Shown: one piece after another, positions 1 to 11,967 of the stretch
Layout: every line of letters starts with the position of its first letter
Position numbering within the stretch: position 1 is the first letter of the stretch
Assembly: GCA_008632985.1 (NCBI GenBank)
Contig: QPGO01000027.1
Span: 310,001 to 374,000, forward strand
Source: Psammoneis japonica
Taxonomy: Eukaryota
Reading direction: 5' to 3'
DNA: 64,000 bases
Notes under the pieces: model-generated
Databases searched by the model: none
Told to the model about the DNA's origin: nothing
The model's input: only the letters and a program-made list of their open reading frames with translations
Position numbers and translations under genes: made by a program

Positions 1-1470
1 GCTGGACACTCAGGGACTGAGCAGACCACATGATCAGAGTTTAAACTGATTGTGTGGTGATTGAGCAAAAGTGGAAGGTCAGTTGCATGTGAGCACTTGC
101 AAGGTGGGGGCAAAGTGCAATTGTCTTCAGTGCTCACATTTTTGTCAAGCACCAAATGATGGACATGGTGAGTGTGAGTGGGCAAGCGCTGATTGCTCAT
201 TGCACCACAGCAATGAGGACACAGCACTTTTGCAAGCTTCTGAGCATGACAAGCAGGAGTGTCGTCGGAATCAAAATGGTGCTTGCATGCAATGTTTGAC
301 ACAAAGTCAGGACAACGATGACCTGTGCTTGTCATTGCCTTTTTCTCAACAACATTCGGAAGCAATCCAACATGAGCAAACAAGCTCAGAAGTGCACCAA
401 AATCTTCCTGCACACTGCCCCTGTCAAAACCAGCGATTCAACCATCATCGGCATGAAACTTGCCAACAGCAACTCATTGAATCTGATGATGCCATTGAAG
501 GAGAACACAGTCAACAACAATGCTCAAAAACAAAGGAGAAAGGACATCTCCTTGCCAAACCCCTTGATCTGAGCCAACATGTGAACCGCGGTGCCCCATC
601 TGTCGAAGCACAAGACAGGCATTGTCCCAGCTCCAGCAGAGAAATTGTCAAACATTTGGGCCAAAACCTCAGGCTTGCAAAATGACAAGCAAACGTTCGT
701 GATCAACAGAGTCACACTCTTTTGTCAAGTCAAGAAATGTTTGGAAGTGTGGAATGGCATGGAAAGCTCAATGAAAGCCATGGATGTCAGGATGAAATCG
801 AATCACTTGAACCGCTTGCAGACACACAATCATTCCCCACAGCTTGTGCGGAATCTCCAAAAGAGTGGCACCACAAAATTTGCCGTGTTGATTCTTGGGA
901 ATGAGAGCCAGTGTTGCTTGTGAGTGGGCTGTCAGAATTTTGCACCCCAGAAACGAAATCTGAGCCAAACCAGTCATCAACTGTCGTGCATCAGGAGCTT
1001 TTTGTTCCCACTTGACGAGCAAATGCTTGACTTTCATTTTGGAAGGACCAGGGGCACAGCCCCTGCACAGACGATGCAAAGCCTCCCGAATTTTGTCTTC
1101 TTCCGGTGTCTCATTGGGGATGTCACAAGGAGTGATCTGTGGGACAAGAGGAAGAGCATCAGCAGGTTGCCATGAGTGCAATGTTTCACATTCATGACTG
1201 AGTCGTTGGAGATCTTCAAACAATGGTTTTGACTGGAGGTTGCTTCATTCATGACACCAACCAGATGTGGCTCGGCAAGCCTCATGAACTTGTCCATTCA
1301 CGAGATGACATTCAGCTTGCAAAGCTGTTCAAGCTGCATGTTCCTCGCGAGCCTTGCGAAGAGCAGCACGAATCTGGTGACCCAATGAGTGAAACCAAGA
1401 ACAACATTCCGCGTGACACAATCCCTGAGTGGGTCTCTCAATTTGAGTGTTGCCGCTGGTGAATCGTCAA
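1..1470 (-). mobile_element. Degenerate non-LTR retrotransposon (LINE) reverse transcriptase fragment, TpA- and CpG-depleted
   Basis: Minus-strand ORF 768-1223 reads EEDKIREALHRL..APGPS..LALIPK..GKFCGATLLE..IRFHPDIHGF (RT N-terminal motifs). GVWQGDVL lies at ~540-563 and FHADDG at 441-458 (mutated YADD). Frameshifted and running off the window edge; upper boundary approximate. Confidence 0.85.
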
Positions 1471-1539
1471 GATGATGATGAAATTTGTGCTGATGCACAA
1501 GAGCAGAGCGACAATCAATCAATCTCCACGTTTCTCGCA

Positions 1540-1541
<2 letters not shown>

Positions 1542-1607
<66 letters not shown>

Positions 1608-1614
1608 GTGTGCG
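1542..1614. repeat. (TG)n microsatellite
   Basis: About 30 uninterrupted TG units followed by TG units with occasional CG. Confidence 0.95.
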
Positions 1615-3940
1615 TTGCCTGCCACATTGCCTGCACATGCGCAGAGCCATGCCACAGTGGGCTGGCATTGCAGCAGCAGAGCGGCACAGCCGCCACACTG
1701 GCGACATGGATGACCATCACATTTCATGTCTCACGCCATTTTTGGGGCTGCTGCGAGGTGCGCGGACACTCTTTTTTTCCAATTCATTGCCAAAACAGTG
1801 CATCACACAAACACACTCATTGTTCGACATGTTTTTTCCAATGTGATTGTTTTGTGCACAATTCATGACAAATTGTCTTTGTCGAGGAAAGCTGAGTGCA
1901 TTTTTCAACATGCCACGCTGGCAATCCCAGTTTTGCAGCATTTTCAAGCTCTCCTGAAAAACCGTTCCATGCACCCATCACAGGGAATTTGTCGATTTTT
2001 TAGGATGTCCCCATGACCAATGTCCTCAGTGATCATTCCACGAATCCGAAGAATTCATTTGCACTGAACAACCCATGCCATTCCAAAATCCAAGGGACAC
2101 ATTTTCAAATTCGCTCGGACTGCCCTTGGTTTGGTTTTGCCCATTTGGGGATTCCCCACAATGGCCAGGGTGAGGGGGAGTTGCGCCTTGCCCTTTTGGG
2201 GAAAACCCGGGAAATGAGGGTAATTTTGCGGGAAGGAACACCTGAAAGGGCTCAGGGGAGGGGAACACAAAACAAATGGAGTGCGGCAATGTGCGGCAAT
2301 TGCAGTCAAGCGGTTGTGCTTTTGTCCCCCTGACGACCAAGCCAGCGAGCGATGCACGACAACGACAATGACTGGTGCATCCACACAAAAGCGGCTTCTT
2401 GTTGTGGTGGAGCAAGGAAAGAACAAACTTTACCATCAAATCAGCCATGTCAACATTGCTCACGCACGGTTCTGTTTTTGCCTCATCCTTTGCTCTAGAG
2501 CCCTTGTGGTTTGCATTTGCAACCACGTGACACAAGAAGGAACACATGGTGCACTGTGCTCTGCAAATGAGACAGGTCAAAGGGAAGAACAAGCACGACC
2601 ACTCAATCTGCCACATTTTCACCAGCCTTGTGAGATTCCACTTTTGCCTTGGCCTTCGCTCTGGACGCCTCACAGTTTGCATTTGCAGCTGCATGACAAC
2701 AGAGTGATTCCAAATGATCCGCTTCATTCTGCACATGAGATGTGTCAATTGGAAGAACAAACATGACCATTCAATCCGCCACATTTTTGTCAGTGACACA
2801 TGGTTCTGCTTTTGCCTTGGACTTTGCCACAAACGCCGCATGGCTCACATTTGTGACCGCAGGAAAGAAAAACAAGCACAATGATCAACGCACCAGTTTT
2901 CTGCTCAACATCATCTGTCACACTTCTGTTCATTTTTGTTTTGCACTTTTGATTGCAATCTCACTCACTGGATTGACTGGCGTCATTGTTGTTTGACAAG
3001 AGCCATCATAAATGGGGTGCAAACGCTCCATGGCATGTTGACCATTTTTGTTGCGGTCAGTCGATTGTGCATGGTTCCACACATGCCGGCATGCAGAACA
3101 CGTGGAAATGCATGAGAGGGGAAGCACGGGGAATTGCCAGTGTGTGATTTTTCATTCATGTGTCAAGCACATGTGTGACGAACGGCAATTCATGGCGATT
3201 CCCTGGGAATTCACCCTTCCTGTGGAAAAAAGGGCAAAAGGTGGTGATCCCGGGGAACTTTGAGAAGTTGCACGGCAAAACCAAACCAAGGGACTGCCCG
3301 ACCCCCCGACCGACACAAAACCAGGCCTGCGGGGAGCATTGACCACTTGTCTTTCTTTGTGGGTGTGGGTGTGTGCCGTTGCATGCTGTGTTGCCTGTGC
3401 GCACGCAGGGCCCCACCGCCAGGGCCGGCTCTGCATTGTGGCGGCAGAGCTGGAGTGGCGGGTGTGGCCACCGCACCGGTGACACGGATGACCGTTGTGT
3501 TTGATGTCTCATGCCATTTTTGGGGCTGCAGCAAGGTGCACAGACACTCTTTTTTTTTCGATTTGTTTCTACAACAGCGCATCGCACAAACTCACTTGTT
3601 CTTCGATGTGTTTTCCCCAATGTAACTGTTTCGTGTAGAACTCACGACAAATTGTCTTTGTCCACAACTGAGCACATTTTTCAACATGCCACGCCGGCAA
3701 TCCCAATTTTTCAGAACTTTCGAGCTCTCCTGAAAAACCGTTCCACGCACCCGTCGCAGGGAATTTGTCAATTTTTTAGGATGTCCCCACGACCTCTCAT
3801 GTCCTCAATGATCATTCTGCGCATCCGAAGAACCCATCTGCACCAAACAACCCATCCCACTCCAAAATCCAAGGGACACACTTTCAAATTCAGACGGACT
3901 GCCCGACTGACCGACGGACCGATGGACCGACACGAAAAAG
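1600..3940 (+). repeat. Two tandem copies of a ~550-600 bp non-coding repeat (A ~1600-2124 plus 3299-3320; B ~3360-3940)
   Basis: Shared blocks include gccatttttggggctgc, ctctcctgaaaaaccgttcca and tccaaaatccaagggacac...ggactgcc. Copy A is interrupted near its end by the 2125-3290 element. Confidence 0.85.
2125..3290 (+). mobile_element. Non-autonomous TIR DNA transposon with 8-bp TSD (hAT-like)
   Basis: TIR cttggtttggttttgcc at 2125 and its reverse complement ending at 3290. TSD ggactgcc at 2117-2124 and 3291-3298. Internal ~180-bp subrepeats; TpA-depleted. Confidence 0.85.
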
Positions 3941-3996
3941 TCTGCAATCACCAACCGCTGAGTGGTCAATGAAAGTCTGCAATCACCAGCCACTGA

Positions 3997-4786
3997 GGCT
4001 CGGTCTACAGGTGAACCGCGCCGGATCGGATCGCCGGATCGGATCGCGTCAGAATTCCGTTAGTCGACAGGTGGAACCGGATCGGATCGCGGATCGGATT
4101 CGACATTTTGATGAGTCGCAAAACGACGTAAGTTTCAAGATTCCAAATTCTCAAGAACAACAAAGCACTGAAATAGCGAACAACAGCCAGAGAGAGTGTG
4201 GCCATGATGCTTCACATCTTGTCATAACGAGACGATATGACGACAGAACTATGCTGTTATTACTGCTTTACATACTTACTTGACCGCATCATTGAGCATC
4301 ATTGTCACTCAGTGTTTGCAGCACGCTAAGGAAGAAAAAGCTATCACTTTTGCAATTCAGAAACTGACGCTATGTTTTCGTATTGAAATTTCGAATTACA
4401 TAATAAATACTTGTTATTTTGCTTATTCAATGTTTCTCCAACAAATCTTTACGGCATTATCGGTTTGACAAGCTATTCTATTGCCATACGACCTTTTTCA
4501 TCTCCATTTCAAGCATGGGAAGAGTAAGGCTGTAATGCTAAAGAAGTTCTGTGCCCTTATGGCTGAATGTTATGCCGCCCTGTATCATAATCGTGTGATG
4601 TTGCGCCATTGTCGTGATGACGGCACGGAATCTTCCAAATTCGATCCGACATCCGATCCGAGATGGCGGATCAGTCCCACGAAGGCCACGGATCGACTTT
4701 TTGACTCGATGGACTAATATTTTAATGGGTTATGAAGGAGTCGATCCGGCGATCCGATCCGGCTCGGTTCACCTGTAGACCGAGCC
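3997..4786. mobile_element. MITE, PIF/Harbinger-like (3-bp TNA TSD)
   Basis: About 45-bp TIRs ggctcggtctacaggtgaaccg... / ...cggttcacctgtagaccgagcc. TSD tga at 3994-3996 and 4787-4789. Inserted in the second unit of a 35-bp tandem duplication (3938-3972) that shows the empty site. Normal TpA content. Confidence 0.9.
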
Positions 4787-5127
4787 TGAGTGGTCAATGA
4801 CACCAGTTTTTCTCCCCACGGAATCACGCTTCGAACCCTGTGGGAGAAAAGCTGAAAACTCGGATTCCATTATTGACAATTCCATTATTTGCATGACGGA
4901 CGTACGATACGAAAGTGAACGTAGCCATTACATGAATGAATTTTCGGTACATTTTCTACGGCGTCAGCGCACTTCACTTTTTGCTCGTCAGCATCACACA
5001 CAGCCACACGACACGACAGGGAAATCGGGAACACACAACTTGATCATTCAATCAAGTGACAAAGTCCTTCTTTTCTGTCAGGTTGCCTGCAATCGGATCG
5101 GTAAAGCGCTCAACAGCTATATAAAGT

Positions 5128-7040
5128 ATGAAGCCTTCAACAGTTACTTACAGTGATCAGGAGCTAAAGGATGCTCTTGACTCTTGCATGGACGGAAGAA
5201 ACGCGAGTGAAGGCCAACACTTGCTTGGCTACGGAGATGCGGACCACAAATTGAGCATGTTGCAAATCGTGCAGGCGACTCAGATTCTTGACTATAGAAA
5301 AAAGTTGGTAAGTCAAGTCTATTGGAGGTGATTAATTTAGCGCAACTACGAACTCATGCATCTAATCATTTTTTTTTACCTGTCGTTTTGAATTTACAGA
5401 ATGACCCGGCGACACCTCCGCTGGAGGACTTGGTGAAGCAATCCCAAGACTTTAGCGACAAGCATGGTCCTATTTTGAATCTTCAAAAAGTCATTCAGTC
5501 ACAGTCACCGTCCATGGCCTTGGCCGCAGAGTTCAAACGAGCGTCTCCCTCCAAAGGGAACATTGCGACGCATCTTTCAGCGGGAAGTCAAGCCCTCAAG
5601 TATGCAAAAGCGGGTGCCAAAGTTATATCGGTTCTGACGGAGCCTCATTGGTTTTTGGGATCCTTGCAAGACATGCAGGAGGCCCGGTTGGAAACGAGTG
5701 AACAGAGGCCTGCTATTTTGCGTAAGGAATTCATTTCCAACAAGTATATGATTGCCGAAGGTGCAGCTTGGGGTGCGGACACGTGTCTCTTGATTGTGGC
5801 AGTTTTACCATTGGGTTTACTGAAGGAATTGATTGATTTTTCTAGGTCCATTGGTATGGAGCCTCTTGTCGAGATTCATGCGGATGCAGAGTTAAACGTC
5901 GCGCTGGAGGCTGGTGCTCGTGTAATTGGTGTAAACAATCGCAATCTCCACACCTTTCAGGTGGACATGAGTCGGACGCAGCAGGTTGCACAGCAATTGA
6001 CAGACCGCGGATTGAGCTATAGTCACGACGATCCAGATAACGCCGAATATACCATTTGCTCTTTATCTGGAATGTCAACCGCTATGGATGTGGATCGGTA
6101 TCGAAAGTCGGGCGTAGGAATGTGCTTGATTGGTGAATCTCTCATGAAGGCGGTCGATCCCGCCAGTGCAATTGCCGGTCTCTGCTTGGATCCAAGGGAC
6201 TTTGAAAACAGCAACCAAGCTCGCAGTGGTGGAGCGTACACACAGGGCACAAAGCTCATCAAAGTCTGCGGAATTACGAATGCGGAGGATGCGCTGGTGG
6301 CTTGTCGTGCGCATGCCAATCTGATTGGTGTAATTTTTGCGGAGAAGAGCAAACGACGTGTAACCGCCGAACAAGCACGAGAGGTGGTGCAAGCCGTCCG
6401 TAAATATGGAGAGCGAAGTGATCGAACTGCCCTTTCGATTGCTACCAATGGAAACATGACACCGCAAGCACGGTTGGTGGCGTCCGCACATGCCTTGGAA
6501 AATGCCGCACGTCGACCCATGGTGGTGGGAGTCTTTCAAAACCAAGAATCTGACTTTATCAAGGAAATGGTGGAAGTTTGTGGGTTAGATTTGGTCCAAC
6601 TCCACGGAAAAGAGGGTATGGCAGCTGCCAACCCCTCCCACTGCGGCGTTCCGGCGATTCGTGTTGTGGATATTGAAACGGACCCGGCAACCGGAAAAGC
6701 TGTTGCCGGAGCGTCGCAGCGCATTCTGTCCGCACTCACCTGTGATCCTGTGGCAATACTGCTGGATACGTCTATTAAGGGTAGCAAGGAGGGAGGAGGA
6801 ACAGGTGTAACGTTTGATTGGAATATTGTTCAGGAAGTACAAAATGCTGGAGTTCCAGTGATCATCGCTGGTGGTCTCAAACCTGACAATGTTGCAGATG
6901 CTGTCGGGACTATCCGCCCGTGGGGAATTGATTGTAGCTCGGGTGTAGAGCAAAGCCCAGGAAAGAAAAATACTGACAAGGTTGATGATTTCTGTCGTAA
7001 TGTACGCAAGTCGGCGTTGGAAGCGAGCAAAGGATTCTAG
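5128..7040 (+). CDS. trpC/trpF: Bifunctional indole-3-glycerol phosphate synthase / phosphoribosylanthranilate isomerase
   Basis: Exons 5128-5307 and 5400-7040, GT..AG intron 5308-5399, phase consistent. IGPS motifs AEFKRASPSKG, ISVLTEP, LRKEF, IGVNNRNL; PRAI motifs IKVCGIT, VQLHG, IIAGGL, GIDCSSGVE. Confidence 0.95.
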
Positions 7041-7160
7041 AGGTGTGTTGCATTTGGGCTTCGAGAGACTCAATTTTAATACTTACTAGCAGGAGTTCGA
7101 ACTCATCCTCTTCAACAAAGAGCCATCCTTCTCGATAATTGATCTCGAAGAACCTGAGGA

Positions 7161-8549
7161 TTACCATCTTGCAGTAGGAGCACGCTTGAATGCTCTTTCC
7201 ACGGTCGAATCATCCCCTTCCCAGCTTGTTTCGGTCACATTGTCCCACCACTTAGTGATAGATTTGGCTTCTCCGACGAGCTTTGATCTCGCCTCAACTT
7301 CGTAACCAAGAAATCTCATGAAGTGGTACAAGGCCACCTTCACGCACTCGTGGCCAGTTCGTATCTCACGAAAGCCAAAGCCAATACGAACCCACGTTTC
7401 TTTCTTCTTCCGATCGTACACAGCAAACCGAACCCCGTCTAATTGACGAATAATGTACTTGGCCTGTGCTTCGCTTGCTGTACCTTCGTGATAGGTATTC
7501 AAAATGTAGAGACTCATAAATCCTGCATTCAGAGGCGTCATGATTCCTGTCGATCTGTCGGCGGTCGCAATACTGTCTGCGACCCAAACTGGACAAACAT
7601 AGCCATCATCCAAAGATCTAACATCAAGTTCAAGGGTTTGTCCCCCAACTACATCAATGCTGCATGCCACAGAGGTCGTACCATCTCTTCCAACCTCTCT
7701 CATCCAAAGTTTGTTGGTAGCCTTGGCTCCTGTAAAAGTCTTGAAGTTGAAGTAGTTATTTGTAAACACGTCTTTAGATATGGGCATTCCGGTCCTGGCC
7801 GTCTTGCTACAGCCGCCAAAGGCCATTTCAGTAGGGGGTTGTGCAACACCCTGAAACGAGTTGGCAAATGCAATGGCGTGGCTCAAATTTCGAAACACGG
7901 GGCTCACTTGTGGTCTGGTATTCGGAAGAGATGATTCAAGCCCCGGCACCCGTGATTTCAAGTAATCAATAGCCAAGACTGCCTCTTCGACGTTTGTGGA
8001 CGAGTGGCATGCTATGTACTGTGGCTTAGTGTTGATCGCTTTTCGAATCAGACTCTTGTACGATCGTAAGCGAGTGTTCATGTACTGAGGCGGACTCGAT
8101 GGGTTTCCAGATTTGTGCCACTGGTAGGTTGGAAATGGATCGCGAAGTACAAGAACAATCGGAAATGGCAGTCCTTTCGCTTCCTTTCGACATCTCGGTT
8201 GTTTGGGTTGACCAGAATACATTTGAAAACACCACGTGCGTAAATCCGTTTCCCCAAGAGCACTGAGGTCTACTACTTCGACCAGCTCGAGTTGTTGTAG
8301 TTCAGCCGTTCGATTGAGGATCTCTAGTGCCTTTGCAATGTCGCGTTTGCCTCGCCAGAGAATGACAGCGTGGAGTTCTGGGGGTCGGATATAGTCGCAG
8401 GATAGACAAGAACTAACAACATGAGATAATGTAGCAATCCTGCGACTGGTTGCTTCAGTGTTCCGGCTGGATGAGGATGCGTGGAGATCGTGCAACATTG
8501 TCCCGTCAAATGCACAAAAGGATGAGAAGGAAACGTGTGATTTCTCCAT
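7161..8549 (-). CDS. Uncharacterised protein, 462 aa ORF; possibly the C-terminal part of a type II membrane protein starting near 9210
   Basis: Long ORF with normal composition including Tyr. Motifs ELHAVILW, LVLRDPFPTY, HSSTNVEEA, LDVRSLDDGY. Confidence 0.7.
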   Translation of the reverse strand: MEKSHVSFSSFCAFDGTMLHDLHASSSSRNTEATSRRIATLSHVVSSCLSCDYIRPPELHAVILWRGKRDIAKALEILNRTAELQQLELVEVVDLSALGETDLRTWCFQMYSGQPKQPRCRKEAKGLPFPIVLVLRDPFPTYQWHKSGNPSSPPQYMNTRLRSYKSLIRKAINTKPQYIACHSSTNVEEAVLAIDYLKSRVPGLESSLPNTRPQVSPVFRNLSHAIAFANSFQGVAQPPTEMAFGGCSKTARTGMPISKDVFTNNYFNFKTFTGAKATNKLWMREVGRDGTTSVACSIDVVGGQTLELDVRSLDDGYVCPVWVADSIATADRSTGIMTPLNAGFMSLYILNTYHEGTASEAQAKYIIRQLDGVRFAVYDRKKKETWVRIGFGFREIRTGHECVKVALYHFMRFLGYEVEARSKLVGEAKSITKWWDNVTETSWEGDDSTVERAFKRAPTARW

Positions 8550-8570
8550 GTCTGTCCCTGGAGATCAGCT

Positions 8571-9210
8571 TCAACTCTTTGATGGTAAAGGCTTTGAGAA
8601 TAGCCCTTCTAGTTTCCTTGGGAGAAGCTGATGTAGCATTAACCAGGTTAACTTGGGAAGCAGCAGTGCGAGTTTGACACACGTAGTGTCTTCATCTTCG
8701 CAATCACAAGTCATCATGTCTGGATTGTACATGCAGTCGCCAATCTGCCATCCTTCTTGTGCTTCTGCATTTGAGTAATTTTGTCTTGAGATCAGATTAG
8801 TGATTGACATACTACCTTCTCTATTGTTTTGGGGAGCAAACGGTATGTTGCTCCAGAAAGGACGTCGCTTGTGTATGCAATGGCAACGGAAAACACAGCG
8901 TCAGGCTGAGCTGTTGTGTTTTGTCTTGGATCCATAATCCACCTATTGAGAATCATATTGGCGCACGATTTAGATCCGTAAGCAAGAATATCCAGACTAA
9001 TCTGGGACAAAATGTCTTCCGAAACAATCTGATGAATTGTTTCATTGTTTCTCTCGTCTGCCAGCGTCGCAGTGAGCCAGCGGTAGGACTCAAAATTCTT
9101 TGTCAGCAGCGAAAGAGATCGCGTCTCGTACAGCAAAAATGAGATGCAGTTGTACAGCAAAATGACAATGAGAAGCTTCGCGAATCTACAGGGAGAGTTT
9201 GCTGCCGTCA
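8571..9210 (-). CDS. Possible 5' part (N-terminal signal anchor) of the 7161-8549 gene, linked via frameshifts or an intron
   Basis: MTAANSPCRFAKLLIVILLYNCISFLLYETRS hydrophobic stretch. Consecutive same-strand ORFs 8792-9286 and 8571-8810 lead into the 462 aa ORF. Confidence 0.4.
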
Positions 9211-10058
9211 TAGTCGCTTTGCCGCTTCGGGCTTCGGGACAAGGCTGTGTGCTGTGTTTCGTTGCAAGTAGTCTAAAAAGTTTCAAGTTGTTGCTTGTTG
9301 TTCGGTTTCAACGTTTTTCGAAAATTTCGAAAAATTGACGAAAATTCATACACCAACGTTTTATCAAATATAAATGTATTCAAGCCTGAATATATATAAC
9401 TTCAAAAAAATATATTGAGTCTAGAGTAGCTAGCTGTATGATACATAGATTCCAATACAACGCGGTCTTGCTTTCGCCCGTTCCGTTCGGATTCTTTCGA
9501 ATTCGAGAATGGGCTTTTGCTAGTCTAGCTAGAGGAGAGCTAGCGAGAGAGTCGTTCACAAAGTGGTCTTTAAGAGCGCATATTTATGGTACTCCTCTCT
9601 AGCTAGAGTAACACAATGTATGTGAAGAGAGAGAACGTGTTCTGTAATCCAGGGGTTTCCTTCACCGCACCGGAGGTTTTCATTGCGATACTCGAGTTTA
9701 TCCCAATTGCAGTTCGCTGGCTTTGATGACTGCGCCACCTTGGAAAACCCAAGCATTCGCGGAACTGAAATGCGCAGTGATGAGCCGAGGTTAAAGGGAC
9801 TGCCTTTTGAGGCGAGGAACTCAAACTGCCGGTAACCCAGAAATCCCACGAGTTCAAGAACCCCGGACACATTTGCGACCTGGCAAAAAAGAGCAATGCT
9901 GAAGATTCCTACAAACCTGATTATTAGGATCAAAGAGTAAGAATAATGCTAAATAAACTCGCCGCTGCTACGCCTACAAAGTCTTTCACAACAGCCGCAA
10001 ATCGAAATTTCCCGTTGCTCCAACCATAAACAAGAAGGTGCAAGTATGTGCGTACAGT

Positions 10059-10701
10059 CTAGGCATCGTCTCCCAAGGCAAACTTCTTCAAGTGATCAAT
10101 AGTGTCGTCCTTCTCCTTGACGGCCGATTTGATGAGATCCTTGATGGAGATCATCCCAACAACTTCATCCTTCTCGTCCAAAAGAGGCAAGTGACGAATG
10201 TCTTTGGTAATCATCTTCTGCATACAGGTTTCAACGGAATCCGAAAGGTATGCCGTAACCAGCTTGGACGCCGGAGTCGCAATCTGCTTGATTTGGGTGT
10301 CCTTGCTCTTCCTGCCGAGAAGTGCAATCTTTGTAATGTAGTCACGTTCACTAATGAGACCCTTCATGTTTCCTGGTATGACACAGACATGAGACATTTA
10401 AAAGCGATGAGAATCACCGTGAAATCAAATAATTTCACATATTTCATTCCAGGGAAGAGGAGCAAAAACAAAGGCACGACCTACCTTGCGGATCTTTTGT
10501 AATGAGACAACCAATCCCGTGCTTATGGAACCTTTCTACGGCGTCAAACACTGGATCCTCTTCGCATACGAAAAACTCAATATCTTCGTAGCAGCTAGAC
10601 TTCATGGCGTCAGCAGCTGTTTGCTCTGCTGTCGCGAGCGTCGAGAACATCGCTGCTGGCCTAGCAAAGGCACGGGCATGGCGGATCGTTGACAACATCA
10701 T
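10059..10701 (-). CDS. CBS-domain pair protein with mitochondrial-type presequence (CBSX3-like)
   Basis: Exons 10701-10485 and 10372-10059 with a GT..AG intron. Presequence MLSTIRHARAFARPAAMFST; CBS motifs GIGCL, GLISERDY, IRHLP, GMISIKDL. Confidence 0.9.
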
Positions 10702-11375
10702 GGTTACTACAGTTCCAAGATGATAACAAGTGTGGTTGTAATGGATGTCTTGCTGTAAACGAAGTAGAGTGTCAAGTAGTAGTAGTGGAAGCTGCAAGTT
10801 GCGGTGTCGATGGTCGATCTTCTTCGCGCGTTTTTGGATCTTGACGATCGGCACGCCGCACCGTGAAGAACACGGTGACGTCACGGATACGTAGTTCAAA
10901 TAAAGTTATGCGTCCTTGTAGATCGTATAGAAATTTCAAAAGTTGCGCGTGATCTGCAAAATGAGGGTAACGTGACAACGATGATCGTGAGGCAGGCCAC
11001 GAGGAGCGGAGATAAAGTTCTTGACTTCTTCTCTCTCATTATCACCATTGCTGCCACGCAAAGGGAACGGCCTTTTACGCTGTTGGATGCTTGGAATGAA
11101 GCTCACCTTCCTTCCATGAAACGTTGTGCGTCGCTGTATTTTTTTTCGTTTCTCGGTTTCCTACTGCGTCGACCTTTCCTCTTCTCTTCCTCTTGAGAGA
11201 TGCAACCCCTGAGTAAAGAAAGAGGACTGTAATGATAGCTAAATAATATTAATAAGGATGTCCATAAACACTAGCGGATAGAGTGTGATTGCGACGCACG
11301 CCAGTCAAATATTCACTCGTTTTCACAAATGCGCAGGCACAAAAAGTGCACTCTAGAACGCATGCCTTTCAAGAA

Positions 11376-11967
11376 TTAGGGAAACGTATTCATCAACGAC
11401 GGGAAGATATGGGCACGAACTTCTCCGGGAGGATTCTCTTCCGAGTGGACGTTGAGGTAAATCATGCCCATTTCCATGAGACCATAGAGTGCGGCGAGAT
11501 TGGGAATGGGGTGTCCGCACTCCTCACTGCCCTCGAAATCCTTATCTAAAATGTTCTCATTGAACTTCCTACCCACCTCAGCCTTACCATCAAAGTCGGT
11601 ACCAGGCTGCGAGCAAAATCAAACGTGAGAAAGACGACCTTCACTATTCAACACTGGATCAGTCGAGACAACATACCTCCTGCTTTGATTCAAAAAGAAC
11701 AAATATAGCCGACGGACCGTTGGCTCCAGGCTTGCCGCAATGCAAATGGGCTTGTGTGATCGCCTTACCGTTGAAGACATTTAGCTTGTAGTCCATGTAG
11801 GAGAAGTCTTCGGCAAATTTCAAGGTGAGGGTGGCAGATGTGTCACTTTCAACAGGAGGAACCTCTTGCGCGCCGCTTGCCTTCAGGAAAATCTTTGCCT
11901 TTTGGACTCCTTTTGATCCCGAGACCAAAGGAAGGATTACAGAGAGGAGGAGGGTTGAGACGCGCAT
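11376..11967 (-). CDS. Secreted CHRD-domain protein
   Basis: Signal peptide MRVSTLLLSVILPLVSG; CHRD motifs SGAQEVPPV, AHLHCG..GANGP, YLNVHSEENPPGEVRAHI. One intron at ~11610-11676. Confidence 0.9.

Noticed and set aside
1298..1868. HTHTHT / CVCVCV ORFs
   Set aside because: These are translations of the (TG)n microsatellite.
3938..4110. CRISPR-like repeat array
   Set aside because: Only a 35-bp tandem pair and MITE subterminal repeats, with no repeat-spacer periodicity, in a eukaryotic context.
9556..9933. 125-aa ORF with hydrophobic N-terminus
   Set aside because: Non-ATG start, no recognisable motifs, short; cannot be supported as a gene.
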